Below are positions 27,420 through 37,464 of a stretch of 64,000 nucleotides of DNA, piece after piece. Within the stretch, counting starts at the first letter, position 1. Each line of letters opens with the position of its first letter. The position numbers were made by a program, and so were the translations under genes. The notes under the pieces are model-generated. The model saw nothing but the letters and a program-made list of their open reading frames with translations, did not search any database and had not been told where the DNA came from. The stretch spans positions 2,635-66,634 of the forward strand of contig JBARMK010000236.1 of assembly GCA_049802395.1 (NCBI GenBank), in the 5' to 3' direction. The stretch comes from Candidatus Angelobacter sp. (GTDB lineage: Bacteria; Acidobacteriota; Terriglobia; Terriglobales; Acidobacteriaceae).

Positions 27420-29456
27420 ATGAGCTCCGCAGTCTTTCCAAAACGGCGCGAAACGCCGGGCATGCGCGCACTGCCCATCGTCACCTATTTTGAGCACGAC
27501 GCGGTGGCCGCCGGATATTTCATCGGCGTGCAGCGCTTTCGGCGGATCGCTTTTGAAAAGCTCTCAGCCGAGCATTCTGACGTCGAGCGGATTGCCCTGG
27601 TTTCCAAGGAAGACCTGGTAGAAACGCATTACAACCAGCTGCGCATTCCCAATGTGCGTGTGCTGGCGCTTACTAACTCGCGCTTTAAAGATCCACGGAA
27701 TGATGGCGTAATCTATGCCTATTTCCCGCCAGATGTCCCGGAGGCGCTACTTGATCGCATCGTGGACAACGCTCTCGATCATATTCATCTCGTCCACACG
27801 CGACATGAAATAAATCAGCGCCTGGCCGGCGCCAGCCAGGAAATTCATGAGTTGAACCAGATCGGCATGGCGCTCTCCGCTGAGCACGATCCGCAAAAGC
27901 TTCTGGAACTCATCCTGACAAAGTCGCGGGAATTCACCGGCAGTGACGCAGGCTCGGTCTATCTGGTGGAGGGCCCGGCGCCAGGGCAGACCCAGTCGCT
28001 TCTGTACGCGCCTGCCCAGCCCGGAGCGCCTGCGCCGGAAGAAACGCCACGCGAGCAACTGCGTTTCAAGCTGGCGCAGAACGATACAGTGTCCCTGCCC
28101 TTCCGCGAAGCCACCATGGAGATCAACGAACACTCGATTGCAGGCTATGTGGCGCTGACCGGCGAAATCGTCAACATAGAAGATGCTTACCATCTCCCGC
28201 CCGACGTTCCCTACTCCATCAACCGCAAATTCGACGAGGATTCCGGTTACCGCACCAAGTCGATCCTGGCAGTGCCCATCCGCAACCAGAAAGACAAAAC
28301 CATTGCCGTGCTCCAGCTCATCAACGCCAAGCACGATCCCCGGGCCAGGCTCGACTCATCTGAAGCCGTGGAACAGCAGGTGATTGCTTATACTCCCCAT
28401 CAGCAGGAAATCGTGCTTTCGCTTGCAGGACAGGCCGCTGTGGCCCTGGAGAACAGCCAGCTTTACGATTCCATCCAGCGCTTGTTTGAAGGCTTTGTGC
28501 GCGCCGCCGTCACCGCCATTGAAACGCGCGATCCGGCAACCTCGGGGCACTCTTTCCACGTGGCGAACCTTACCATCGCCCTGGCTGAAGCGGTGGACCG
28601 CTCAGACCATGGCGCTTATCACGATGTGCGTTTTTCCCGCGACCAGATGCGTGAAATTCGCTACGCCAGCCTGCTTCACGACTTCGGCAAGGTCGGCGTT
28701 CGTGAAGAAGTGCTGGTGAAAGCCAAAAAACTTTATCCCGCGCAGCTGGAGGTTATAAAACAGCGCTTTGGCCTGATCCGGCGCACACTGGAGAATGAAA
28801 CTCTCCGCAGCAAGATCCAATATCTTCTGGAAAAAGGTCGCGACGAGTTTCTGGCCATGCAAGATAAATTTGACAGTGCGCTCGCGGACCAGCTGCTCGA
28901 AATCGACGAGTACGTTCAGGCCGTTATCTGGGCCAATGAGCCTACCGTGCTGCCTGAAGGCAATTTTGACCGCCTGCTCCAGATTGCCAATCTTCATTAT
29001 GAAGACATTGAAGGCCGCAAACGGCCGTTGTTGACCCCGGACGAAGTGCAGATGCTCTCCATCCGTAAAGGCTCGCTGGATGAAGAAGAGCGCCTGCAGA
29101 TCGAGTCGCATGTTCACCACACCGTCAGCTTTCTCCAGCAAATCCCGTGGACCACTGAACTGCGCAACGTCCCAGAGATCGCCCGCGGGCATCATGAAAA
29201 GCTGAATGGCACCGGATATCCTTATAAGCTCTCTGCGCCGGAAATTCCCATGCAAACGCGCATGATGACCATCTCCGATATTTTTGACGCACTGGCCGCC
29301 GCCGACCGGCCCTATAAAAAAGCCGTCTCCGTTGAACGCGCCCTTGAAATCCTGGAGCTCTCTGTAAAAGATGGCGAGCTTGACCCGGGCCTGTTCGATA
29401 TTTTCGTCTCCGCCAGGATTTTCGACCGCTGGAAAGTCGAGCCGCGCGCCTACTGA
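27420..29456 (+). CDS. GAF-domain / HD-GYP-domain protein (putative c-di-GMP phosphodiesterase) with a long insert in the HD-GYP domain
   Basis: GAF segment around SDAGSVYLVE...ILAVPIRN. HD (GHSFHVANL...LLHDFGKVGV) and GHHEKLNGTGYPY motifs are present. The start could also be ATG 27462. Confidence 0.88.
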   Translation: MSSAVFPKRRETPGMRALPIVTYFEHDAVAAGYFIGVQRFRRIAFEKLSAEHSDVERIALVSKEDLVETHYNQLRIPNVRVLALTNSRFKDPRNDGVIYAYFPPDVPEALLDRIVDNALDHIHLVHTRHEINQRLAGASQEIHELNQIGMALSAEHDPQKLLELILTKSREFTGSDAGSVYLVEGPAPGQTQSLLYAPAQPGAPAPEETPREQLRFKLAQNDTVSLPFREATMEINEHSIAGYVALTGEIVNIEDAYHLPPDVPYSINRKFDEDSGYRTKSILAVPIRNQKDKTIAVLQLINAKHDPRARLDSSEAVEQQVIAYTPHQQEIVLSLAGQAAVALENSQLYDSIQRLFEGFVRAAVTAIETRDPATSGHSFHVANLTIALAEAVDRSDHGAYHDVRFSRDQMREIRYASLLHDFGKVGVREEVLVKAKKLYPAQLEVIKQRFGLIRRTLENETLRSKIQYLLEKGRDEFLAMQDKFDSALADQLLEIDEYVQAVIWANEPTVLPEGNFDRLLQIANLHYEDIEGRKRPLLTPDEVQMLSIRKGSLDEEERLQIESHVHHTVSFLQQIPWTTELRNVPEIARGHHEKLNGTGYPYKLSAPEIPMQTRMMTISDIFDALAAADRPYKKAVSVERALEILELSVKDGELDPGLFDIFVSARIFDRWKVEPRAY

Positions 29457-29511
29457 GTTTCACCGATGGCGCGGACCCCGAATTGCAGTAAAATAGCCTT
29501 ACCGGAGCACG

Positions 29512-30573
29512 ATGAAAGAGTTTTACATATCCGACGCCTCGCGCTTTGAGAACCAGGTCATCACCACATCATTTGTGGTGATTTCCAAGCAGGCCAAGCC
29601 GAAAAAGAGCGGCGAGCTTTATCTGGCCATGACGCTGGCGGACCGCACCGGCCACCTGGACGCCAAGATGTGGGACAACGTGGCCGACCATATCAACTGT
29701 TTTGAACAGGATGACTTTGTCAAAGTCCGCGGCCTGCTCAACCGCTTCAACGGCCGCTTTCAACTCACCGTGCACAAAGTGCGCTCCATGGAAGAGTCTG
29801 AGGTTGAATTTGAGGACTACCTCCCCCGCACCACCAAGGATATTGGCGCACTCTGGCAGACTCTGGCTGACTTTGTCGATACTTTCCAGGACCCGCATCT
29901 GAAAGCCCTGGTCCGTGCCTTCATGTCTGACCCGCAGATTGAGCACGCATATAAGAGCGCACCCGCAGCCAAGACGCTACATCATGCCTTCATCGGCGGA
30001 TTGCTCGATCACGTAGTATCACTGTTTCAGCTCAGTGATCTGGCCTGCCGCAACTATCCTGAAACCATCAACCGCGATCTGCTGCTGACCGGCGCTTTTT
30101 TGCATGACATTGGCAAGGTGCACGAGCTGACCTATTCCCGCTCTTTCACCTATACCACCCGCGGACAGCTTCTCGGCCACATGATCATTGAGTTGGAAAT
30201 GCTGCAGGAAAAAATCGCGCAGGTACCGGGATTCCCTGCTGAATACAAGACGCTGATCGAGCATCTCATCATCAGCCATCACGGGAAATACGAGTTCGGC
30301 AGCCCCAAGATGCCCATGTTTCCTGAGGCGCTCATGCTCCATTATCTCGATGACCTCGACTCCAAGATGGAAAGCATGCGTGCCCACTTCCAGCGCGAGC
30401 CGGGCTCGGAATGGACCACGTACAATTCGAGCCTCGAACGTCCGCTTCTTAACTCAAAGAAGTTCCTGGAAAAATTGCGAGCCGCAAACGACAATGGCGC
30501 CGCAGCTCAGCTTGATCAACGCCCTCAGCAAAGCGCCAACGCGGCGGCGGCGGGCGAGGAAAAACTATCCTGA
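29512..30573 (+). CDS. OB-fold plus HD-domain 3'-5' exoribonuclease (YhaM-like)
   Basis: N-terminal OB fold (LYLAMTLADRTGHLDAKMWD). HD domain (HHAFIGGLLDH, FLHDIGKV, SHHGKYEFGSP, HYLDDLDSKM). Confidence 0.85.
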   Translation: MKEFYISDASRFENQVITTSFVVISKQAKPKKSGELYLAMTLADRTGHLDAKMWDNVADHINCFEQDDFVKVRGLLNRFNGRFQLTVHKVRSMEESEVEFEDYLPRTTKDIGALWQTLADFVDTFQDPHLKALVRAFMSDPQIEHAYKSAPAAKTLHHAFIGGLLDHVVSLFQLSDLACRNYPETINRDLLLTGAFLHDIGKVHELTYSRSFTYTTRGQLLGHMIIELEMLQEKIAQVPGFPAEYKTLIEHLIISHHGKYEFGSPKMPMFPEALMLHYLDDLDSKMESMRAHFQREPGSEWTTYNSSLERPLLNSKKFLEKLRAANDNGAAAQLDQRPQQSANAAAAGEEKLS

Positions 30574-30622
30574 GTACCAGCTATAAATTGCCGGACAACA
30601 TAAATATCAACAAGGGGGTTTT

Positions 30623-31333
30623 GTGAAATCTATGCGTGTGTTCTTTGTCACCGCGCTGTTTGCGCTCTGTTTGCTTCTGGGCTGCTCCAGTCAGCCGCCT
30701 GCGCCGGCCACCTCAACCGACAACCCCAACGCCGCCAACAGTGGCGCTGCCGCGGGTAACGCTGGCTCTGATAAGAACGGTTCAGCCAACCGCAGTGGAG
30801 AGAAGAAGATTGCTGCTGAACGGCAGCCCATCACCATACCCCAGGGGACTGTTATCACTGTTCGTCTGGGCGAGACCTTAAGTTCCAAGAGCAGCAGCAC
30901 CGGAGAGAGTTTCTCCGCCACCGTGGCCGAACCGGTTGTGGTTGATGGCAAAACCGTGATCGAGAAAGGCGCCGCTGCGCGGGGCAGCGTGGTAGATGCC
31001 AAGTCAATGGGCCACTTTAAAGGCGGAGCGCTGCTGGAAGTGAAACTTGATTCCGTAACCATCAATGGGAAAGAAACTTCTGTCTCGACTGGCATGGTGG
31101 CGCGCTCGGTGAGTGGCAAAGGCAAACGCTCCGCTGGATTCATCGGCGGTGGCGCGGGCGCAGGAGCTTTGATCGGTGCGCTTGCTGGCGGAGGTAAAGG
31201 AGCGGCCATCGGTGCCTTGGCTGGCGGCGGCGCAGGCACCGCAGGCGCGGCGTTTACCGGCAACAAAGACATTGTTCTGCCGGCCGAAACGCCGCTGACC
31301 TTCAAAATCAAGCAGCCCATTGAGGTCCGTTAA
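30623..31333 (+). CDS. lipoprotein with C-terminal glycine-zipper segment
   Basis: GTG 30623 lies 4 nt after AAGGGGG. Lipobox LLLGCSS and the Gly-zipper GGGAGAGALIGALAGGGKGAAIGALAGGGAG are present. Confidence 0.7.
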   Translation: MKSMRVFFVTALFALCLLLGCSSQPPAPATSTDNPNAANSGAAAGNAGSDKNGSANRSGEKKIAAERQPITIPQGTVITVRLGETLSSKSSSTGESFSATVAEPVVVDGKTVIEKGAAARGSVVDAKSMGHFKGGALLEVKLDSVTINGKETSVSTGMVARSVSGKGKRSAGFIGGGAGAGALIGALAGGGKGAAIGALAGGGAGTAGAAFTGNKDIVLPAETPLTFKIKQPIEVR

Positions 31334-31360
31334 ATTTGGATCGCTGACAATTATGAACGA

Positions 31361-31396
31361 AAGGGGGATGCTCTTAGGCATCCCCCTTTGCTTTGG
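31361..31396. terminator. 11-bp perfect hairpin AAGGGGGATGC-TCTTAG-GCATCCCCCTT between convergent genes
   Basis: Base pairing checked position by position. The T-containing tail TGCTTTGG follows. Confidence 0.6.
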
Positions 31397-31446
31397 TTCT
31401 CTCTCCTCGAGTTGTCATGCCTTTCAATTATCAAGTCTTCGATTCA

Positions 31447-33942
31447 TCAAATCATGGGCGTGAGCGCTACTGATTTCACCTCCGCAATTTGCGCCAGCTG
31501 TTTAAGCTTCTCCGGCGCAATGGTTCCGATGACTTGATTTGTGCCCGAGCCGCTGATCAGCTTGAAACCCGCAGCCTTCAGCCTGTGCTCCACAGTTCCA
31601 CTGGTTTCGGTCAGATCAACCGTGACTTTGAGCTGAGCAGGTGTAGCCTTACAGCTTTGGTTCGCGGCGCCAATGCTCCGCGCATTTGCACAGCGGTAGA
31701 TTGCCAGCAGCTCCGGATTGAATTTTGCCTCAATCAGCTTGAATCGCTCATTCTTGCCTGCCCGGCCACTACCAATTTTGGCTGGCGGTTTTACGGAATA
31801 GGTATCGGCATTGGCCGTGCCGGTAACCTCTACCGTCTCGTTGACAGCGTAGCTGGGCGATGAAGCTGGCGGAGGCGGAGCTGGCGCCAATGCCTGGCTC
31901 CTATAATAGGTAAATCCGCCGCTGACTCCCTTCGCTCCAAGTCCGGAACCTTGCATTTGCGTATCTGCAAATTGTCCGCCCGGCACTGCCAACGGCGAAA
32001 CACTCTCCGGCAACTCCACCGGAACCTCCACACGTACCGGCTTGCCGTCCTGCACCACGGTGCGCTCTTCCACCGCGACAAACGATGTGTATTGCGTGGC
32101 CAGGCTATGCTGCAGTCCCACCTGGATAATTTCCGCCTTGTGGGTCGAATCACCGGACTGTATGCCGCTCCAGTCCTGCGACATCAGATCTTCCACTTTG
32201 TGGCGCGCCCAGATCTTCTCCAGCGCCGCATTGGCCACGCCAGCGGAAGAGAAATCAATGGGAATGCTGCGGCTGAAATCGCCCGTGCCCTGGTATCCCT
32301 TGATAGTAATCTTGCCCGTCGGAGCGCCGGTGAAGCGGCCCGTGAGGACAATTGGTTTGGCGGAAAAAAGATCGCGCACTTCTTTGGGATAAACATCTGT
32401 TACCGGCAGCCCGTTCCAATCGATGCTGATATTGGTCAGCACCGGCGAGTGGACGCGCTCATAGAAGCGGTCGGCGGCAGGCTGGGCCTCACCCGGCGCA
32501 GTAACAAATTCCACGTCGCCGTGGCCTTCTTCCGCCATCTTGGTCAATAGAAATCGATTGACCGATGTGCCGATGCCGAAGGAAAACACGCGGGCATCTG
32601 TATGCTTTTTTACCTCGGCGATGATCTCCGCGTCATTGCCCACATAGCCATCGGTCATGAAACAGACTACGCGGATTGGATCGGCTTCCATCGGTTTGCC
32701 TGCGCCGGCATCGTCGCCCAGCGCAGTGCGGATGGCCTTCATCATCTCCGTGCCACCGCTGCCGTACGCGCCCGCCAGAACTTGTTTTGCCTTGACCACA
32801 TTTTCTGGCGTGGCCGGAACTGGCTCGGGAAAGAGGATCCTTGTGTCGCCCGAGAACGTGATCAGGTTGAAGGTTTCGTCTTTGCGCAGATTGTCCAGCG
32901 CGCGCTGGGTGGTCTTCTTGGCCATCTCCAGGGGGAAGCCCCACATGGAGCCGGAGGTATCCAGTACAAAGATCATCTGCCGCGGCACCAGAGCCTCATC
33001 GGGAATTTTGGCCGGCGGCTGCAGAATCAGCGTGAAGTAGCCGCCCGATTGATCGGCGTGGGCCAGCACAGCGTCATTGATCCCCACTCCCGCAACTTTG
33101 TACTTCAGGATGAAATCTTTATTGGGGAGCACGGCGTCGTCCGCCAGCTTCACGTGGTATGAATCCGGCCCCGTGCGATCGGCAAAGATCTTGTGCGAGG
33201 GCGATTCCACATCGCCGACAGGAACGCCCGCCGCCAGACTCACCTCCATCGATACATCGTGGCCCGCGTGGACATCACCGGTGTGCACGCCGGCAACCGG
33301 CGGACTGATGTGGGACGCGTCCGGGACCTGGGCGGTGTCCGGCATGGTGCCGTGATCGGGTGGAGCGCCGGGCTTGCCGGGAATGTAGCGCGGCCCCACT
33401 ACCAGCGGAAAGGCAAATTCGTAAACGCCGGCCTCATACTTAAGCAGTTCGATAACCGATAGCGTGATATCCACCTTACCGCCCGGAGGAATATTTGTGA
33501 CCGACTGCGTGAAAATGTTTGGCCGTTCCTGGTCAAGCAAGGCCGCGGTGTGGCCGGCGTTGCGCGCCTGTTCATAAATCTTGCGCGCCTCTTCGCGTTC
33601 CTTGATCACCGCGCGGATCTCGCGCTCGCCCACCTTCATGGTCATGCCATCCACGGCGCTGTCATGCGGCAGTGGAAAAACGTAAATCGCCTCCACCGCA
33701 TCGGGCAAGACATTTTCAAATTCCTGCGTAACTTCGATCTTCGCGACAAAGCCGCTGATCTCAGTCTTGACTCCGGTGTGTTTGAGAGGAACAAAGCCCG
33801 TTACCTTGCCGTCTTTGCCGACGATTTGCAATTGGCTGTTATCGGCTGGCTGGCCAGCTGCCGCATTTTGCGGATTAAGGATGATCAGAAGATAAGCACA
33901 ACATACCGCCGCTATCGCGGCCGCTGAGAGACGCGCTTTCAT
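31447..33942 (-). CDS. secreted VIT-domain / von Willebrand A-domain protein
   Basis: Signal anchor from ATG 33942. N-terminal VIT-like region and vWA MIDAS motif (VLDTSGSMWG) are present. About 830 aa. Confidence 0.88.
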   Translation of the reverse strand: MKARLSAAAIAAVCCAYLLIILNPQNAAAGQPADNSQLQIVGKDGKVTGFVPLKHTGVKTEISGFVAKIEVTQEFENVLPDAVEAIYVFPLPHDSAVDGMTMKVGEREIRAVIKEREEARKIYEQARNAGHTAALLDQERPNIFTQSVTNIPPGGKVDITLSVIELLKYEAGVYEFAFPLVVGPRYIPGKPGAPPDHGTMPDTAQVPDASHISPPVAGVHTGDVHAGHDVSMEVSLAAGVPVGDVESPSHKIFADRTGPDSYHVKLADDAVLPNKDFILKYKVAGVGINDAVLAHADQSGGYFTLILQPPAKIPDEALVPRQMIFVLDTSGSMWGFPLEMAKKTTQRALDNLRKDETFNLITFSGDTRILFPEPVPATPENVVKAKQVLAGAYGSGGTEMMKAIRTALGDDAGAGKPMEADPIRVVCFMTDGYVGNDAEIIAEVKKHTDARVFSFGIGTSVNRFLLTKMAEEGHGDVEFVTAPGEAQPAADRFYERVHSPVLTNISIDWNGLPVTDVYPKEVRDLFSAKPIVLTGRFTGAPTGKITIKGYQGTGDFSRSIPIDFSSAGVANAALEKIWARHKVEDLMSQDWSGIQSGDSTHKAEIIQVGLQHSLATQYTSFVAVEERTVVQDGKPVRVEVPVELPESVSPLAVPGGQFADTQMQGSGLGAKGVSGGFTYYRSQALAPAPPPPASSPSYAVNETVEVTGTANADTYSVKPPAKIGSGRAGKNERFKLIEAKFNPELLAIYRCANARSIGAANQSCKATPAQLKVTVDLTETSGTVEHRLKAAGFKLISGSGTNQVIGTIAPEKLKQLAQIAEVKSVALTPMI

Positions 33943-34183
33943 AGCTTCGCACTCCTGCTGCTTGCAAGGGAACGAAGCAATCCAGAGTTCTTGCAGGAAA
34001 TTTGTTTTCAATCCCGAGCGCAGCGAGGGAACCCTATCCTCTTGGAGGTGCGGCGGGGATGAACAGCAATGCCCGCGAGAGAATCATGTAATCGAGTTCC
34101 CTCACCCGCGCATGAAATTACAGAAATGAGAACGGCCGATCCCGGGTCGCAGGTTCGAGATTGCAGAAAAGGCTGATTGCTGA

Positions 34184-35899
34184 CTACTTTCCCAGCCGAA
34201 GAATCGCCCCGCGCAGCCGATCGTGCTCTAGCAGCAGACGCTGGTACCGTTGCTCAGTCTTGGCGGATTTGGCGGCAATGATGGCGCGTAACCCGCTCTT
34301 TTCTTCCAGGGTCCAGTGCGCCAAGTCCGGAACCAGGCTCAGCACCATGGCGAAATCGGCAAAGGCGTTTTGTCGAGCACGGCGCAGGCTGGCAGGATCT
34401 ACTTCTAATTGCCGCGCCAGTTTTGTGACTGATGCTGCGCGCATGGCTTCGGCGTCGCCGCCAAAATCGCGGGCCATACCGCGTTGTAAGGCGAAGCCGA
34501 TATTGCGCATGGCAAAGCGGTCCCAGTCGCCGCGATTTGAAGCTTCGCGTTCGGCCTCGGGCAGCTCATAAACTACGTGGGCTTTGCTCAGACGCCGCAG
34601 CGTTCGCGCCGGGGTGCGATAGCGCTCGCCGGCCTGGATCTTCTTTTCTTCAGCCAGCGCAAGCCTCTCCAACACAGGATCCATGGAGCGGAAGCCCAGC
34701 TTGCGATAGAACCAGAACGCGCCCGAGTCGATCGCCTCTTCGTTGCCATCGCCGATCTGATACGGATAAACCGAGATGGCATTCACGCCATGGATCTGGC
34801 GCAGAAGTCGCAAGGTCTGCGCATAGATCCATGCAGTCTCGCCGTCCCGATACGCCGGAAAAGTATTGAAGCCGATCTCGGTCCAGTCAAACAGTGAGAT
34901 ACACTCCACATAATTGATAGGCACGCCGTTCTTGACCGCGAAGCCGGCAAGGTAGGCGCGCAACGGCAGGCGCTTGTCCGGCAGCAGCCCCCAGAAGCAA
35001 ATCTCCACGCCGCGGCCGGCGTTCGCTTGCACCACCCACGCAGAATCGGCATTGGCGGTGCCATAAAGCTCGCGATAGCGGACGCCCGTGGCTTCCTTCA
35101 TCCGATCGAGCGTCTCCTCCGCCTCCCGCTGCGGCAATATCTTCACCGGCAGTTTTGGTTTCGCTAATTCCTCCGCCAGCGAAACCTCCCGTCGCTGAAT
35201 GAGCGGCATTTGATGAAAATAAAACTGCTTCACCGGCTTGCGCGCCAAGGTACGCGACGCCGGTGATCTGCTCATGTCCCAGCGCACCATGATTTCCAGC
35301 GAATCGTAGAGCGCAGCCTTTTCTTTTTCGGGGAGCCGCAGCCGCTGAAACCGCCGCGCCAGCCAAGGTAGTTCGCCGGTCCGCCCACGTGCGGCCTTGA
35401 GCCAGTCCAGGTACGGCACGTTGGCTTCAGTAAGCGAGTCTTCTTCCATGAGCGGAAAGAAACGCGGCCAGGTCGCGGCGCGTTGCGTCTCGCGCTCATA
35501 GTCGTTCCATTGAATGGAGATCGCATTCGGATGGTGTTCCACCAGCCAGCAGACCATGGGATAGCTAAAGGTGGCTTCAACTACAGTGCCGGCGATGCCC
35601 GCGACTTCTTCCGGCGCGAAGTCGTCGGGGTCGGCGCCGGCGGCAAGGGCCGCTTTGACTCTGGTTTCGATCCCTGCCAGCAGCGCATCTGACTGCCGCA
35701 GCACGCGCGGTCCCGGCGGAAAGGCGCGCAGGAACAACAGCACGTCATGGAAGCGAATCAACGATTCTGTGTCTTTGCCGAAATCAACGCGGCCAGTGGC
35801 GACGAGAAGACGGGAAATTTCCTGTTCTTTAATCGAACCGATCTTCGTTCGCGCCTGCTCCAATCTCTGGAGCAACCGGGCTGCGTTGTTTGGGGCCAT
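34184..35899 (-). CDS. large hypothetical protein with embedded GNAT-like motifs
   Basis: 571 aa from ATG 35899; a GTG at 35917 is also possible. FPAYRDGETAW...AIDSGAFWFYRKLGFRS resembles GNAT motifs A/B. The rest is unassigned. Confidence 0.75.
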   Translation of the reverse strand: MAPNNAARLLQRLEQARTKIGSIKEQEISRLLVATGRVDFGKDTESLIRFHDVLLFLRAFPPGPRVLRQSDALLAGIETRVKAALAAGADPDDFAPEEVAGIAGTVVEATFSYPMVCWLVEHHPNAISIQWNDYERETQRAATWPRFFPLMEEDSLTEANVPYLDWLKAARGRTGELPWLARRFQRLRLPEKEKAALYDSLEIMVRWDMSRSPASRTLARKPVKQFYFHQMPLIQRREVSLAEELAKPKLPVKILPQREAEETLDRMKEATGVRYRELYGTANADSAWVVQANAGRGVEICFWGLLPDKRLPLRAYLAGFAVKNGVPINYVECISLFDWTEIGFNTFPAYRDGETAWIYAQTLRLLRQIHGVNAISVYPYQIGDGNEEAIDSGAFWFYRKLGFRSMDPVLERLALAEEKKIQAGERYRTPARTLRRLSKAHVVYELPEAEREASNRGDWDRFAMRNIGFALQRGMARDFGGDAEAMRAASVTKLARQLEVDPASLRRARQNAFADFAMVLSLVPDLAHWTLEEKSGLRAIIAAKSAKTEQRYQRLLLEHDRLRGAILRLGK

Positions 35900-36043
35900 G
35901 GATTTTTTAAAGCGCACTTTACCGCAAAGGACACGAAGGACGCAAAGAAATGCTTAGCCATGAATGAACGCGAACAGCGCGAAATTCATTTTTGTTTTAA
36001 TCCATTCGCGCACTTTCGCATGGATTCTTGCTCAATTCCTGCC

Positions 36044-36583
36044 TCACAAAAGGTAGTCGCCGCGATACACTAGGCGGCCCTCAATCATACGGGCTTCTTT
36101 GGTCAACGCGTGTTGCTTTGGCGGCTTCTCATCCAGGATGTGCAAGACAGTGTGCCCCCGGCTGACAAGGTAATCCGAAACCAGCATGCGATGGCAGCGG
36201 AAATAGAGCTGCTCCGCGCACATGATGGCCGTGTTCGCTTTCTCCGCGCGCTCCACCAGCCGCTCAACGGCCCCTGCGAATTTGTCTGAAAGCATGTAGT
36301 CGGCATAGTTGCGGAATGACGGATTGCGCAGCGCGATGTTGGGCAACTGCTCCGGGAGTATCTGCTTGCCGCGGCGTCCCCCCAGCTCTTTTTCCCAGAC
36401 ATAGTTGCAACCGATTTCGGGAAGCCAGAGCTCCAGATGCTCACGATTGAAGTGCGGATGGCGGCGCGACATGGGGAACGCCCGTATGTCTTCGAGAAGG
36501 CGAATGTCATGCGCCTGCAAAACCCGCGAAAAAGCCGCAAGGTCGCGCGTGGAGTGCCCGATGGTGAAGACCGTAGCCACCAA
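36044..36583 (-). CDS. DUF488-family protein
   Basis: VFTIGHSTRDL..F...L..H.I..L.D.R.FP.SRRHPHFN and LGGRR patterns are present. Non-ATG start (TTG 36583 or GTG 36580). Confidence 0.85.
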   Translation of the reverse strand: MVATVFTIGHSTRDLAAFSRVLQAHDIRLLEDIRAFPMSRRHPHFNREHLELWLPEIGCNYVWEKELGGRRGKQILPEQLPNIALRNPSFRNYADYMLSDKFAGAVERLVERAEKANTAIMCAEQLYFRCHRMLVSDYLVSRGHTVLHILDEKPPKQHALTKEARMIEGRLVYRGDYLL

Positions 36584-36620
36584 TCAGGTTTTCACGATTA
36601 TTTACAATGTTCAAGTCACC

Positions 36621-37361
36621 ATGCATCCTCTGCTGCTTGAAACCGCGCACCGTCCTATTCCCATGCCCAGCGGCCCATGGATCATGAAACAGAATTGGCA
36701 TGATCTTCTCTTTGCCCATTGGGCCATGGCGCCGGAGAAGATGAGAGCTCTGGTTCCCAGCGAGTTGGAGCTGGATCTTCACGCAGGTAAGGCCTACGTG
36801 GCGGTAGCGCCGTTCTGGATGAGCGGCATTCGCGGGCGACTGGCGCCGCCGCTGCTGTTTTTTCGTAAGTTCTGCGAGCTGAACGTGCGCACCTACGTTC
36901 GCTACAAAGGCATTCCGGGCGTTTATTTTTTCAGTCTGGACGCAGCCAGTCTGCCTGCTGTCCTGGGTGCACGCGCGATGTACAAGCTGCCGTACTTTCA
37001 TGCGGCCATGCTGATTCGCTCCTCCGGCGATACGTTTGAATACACCAGCAGCCGCTTGCAGATGCCGCGTCCGGCAAACTTTCATGCGCGCTACCGGCCG
37101 CTTTCCGTGCCCCGCGTCCGGGAAAAGGATTCTCTCGAATACTTCCTTACAGAGCGTTACTGCCTCTATACGGTCCACCAAGGCAGCGTATTGCGCGCTT
37201 ACATTCATCATCAGCCATGGCAATTGCAGGATGCAGAGGCGGAATTTGACATCAACACCATGGCACAGGCTGCCGGCATCGAACTGCCTGACAGCAAGCC
37301 TCTGCTGCATTTTTCGCGATTGCTGGAAGTACTGGTCTGGAAGCCGGAGAAGATCGGCTAA
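36621..37361 (+). CDS. DUF2071 (YqjF-like) family protein
   Basis: Begins at ATG 36621; the longer 36405 ORF would overlap the DUF488 gene antisense. W.DLLFAHW and ELDL..G.AYV...F pattern. Confidence 0.78.
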   Translation: MHPLLLETAHRPIPMPSGPWIMKQNWHDLLFAHWAMAPEKMRALVPSELELDLHAGKAYVAVAPFWMSGIRGRLAPPLLFFRKFCELNVRTYVRYKGIPGVYFFSLDAASLPAVLGARAMYKLPYFHAAMLIRSSGDTFEYTSSRLQMPRPANFHARYRPLSVPRVREKDSLEYFLTERYCLYTVHQGSVLRAYIHHQPWQLQDAEAEFDINTMAQAAGIELPDSKPLLHFSRLLEVLVWKPEKIG

Positions 37362-37464
37362 ACACAAATTCGTCTCGCTCCGGCCTTCCGAATCGGCAAA
37401 ATTATCTGGCCAAGCTCCATTTTTGTGGGCATAATGCTGCCACTTCTACCCGGAGAATGAATTC

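Noticed and set aside
34141-34166. GGTTCGAG string resembling a tRNA T-loop
   Set aside because: The flanking bases do not form a T stem, and no acceptor, D or anticodon arms can be drawn.
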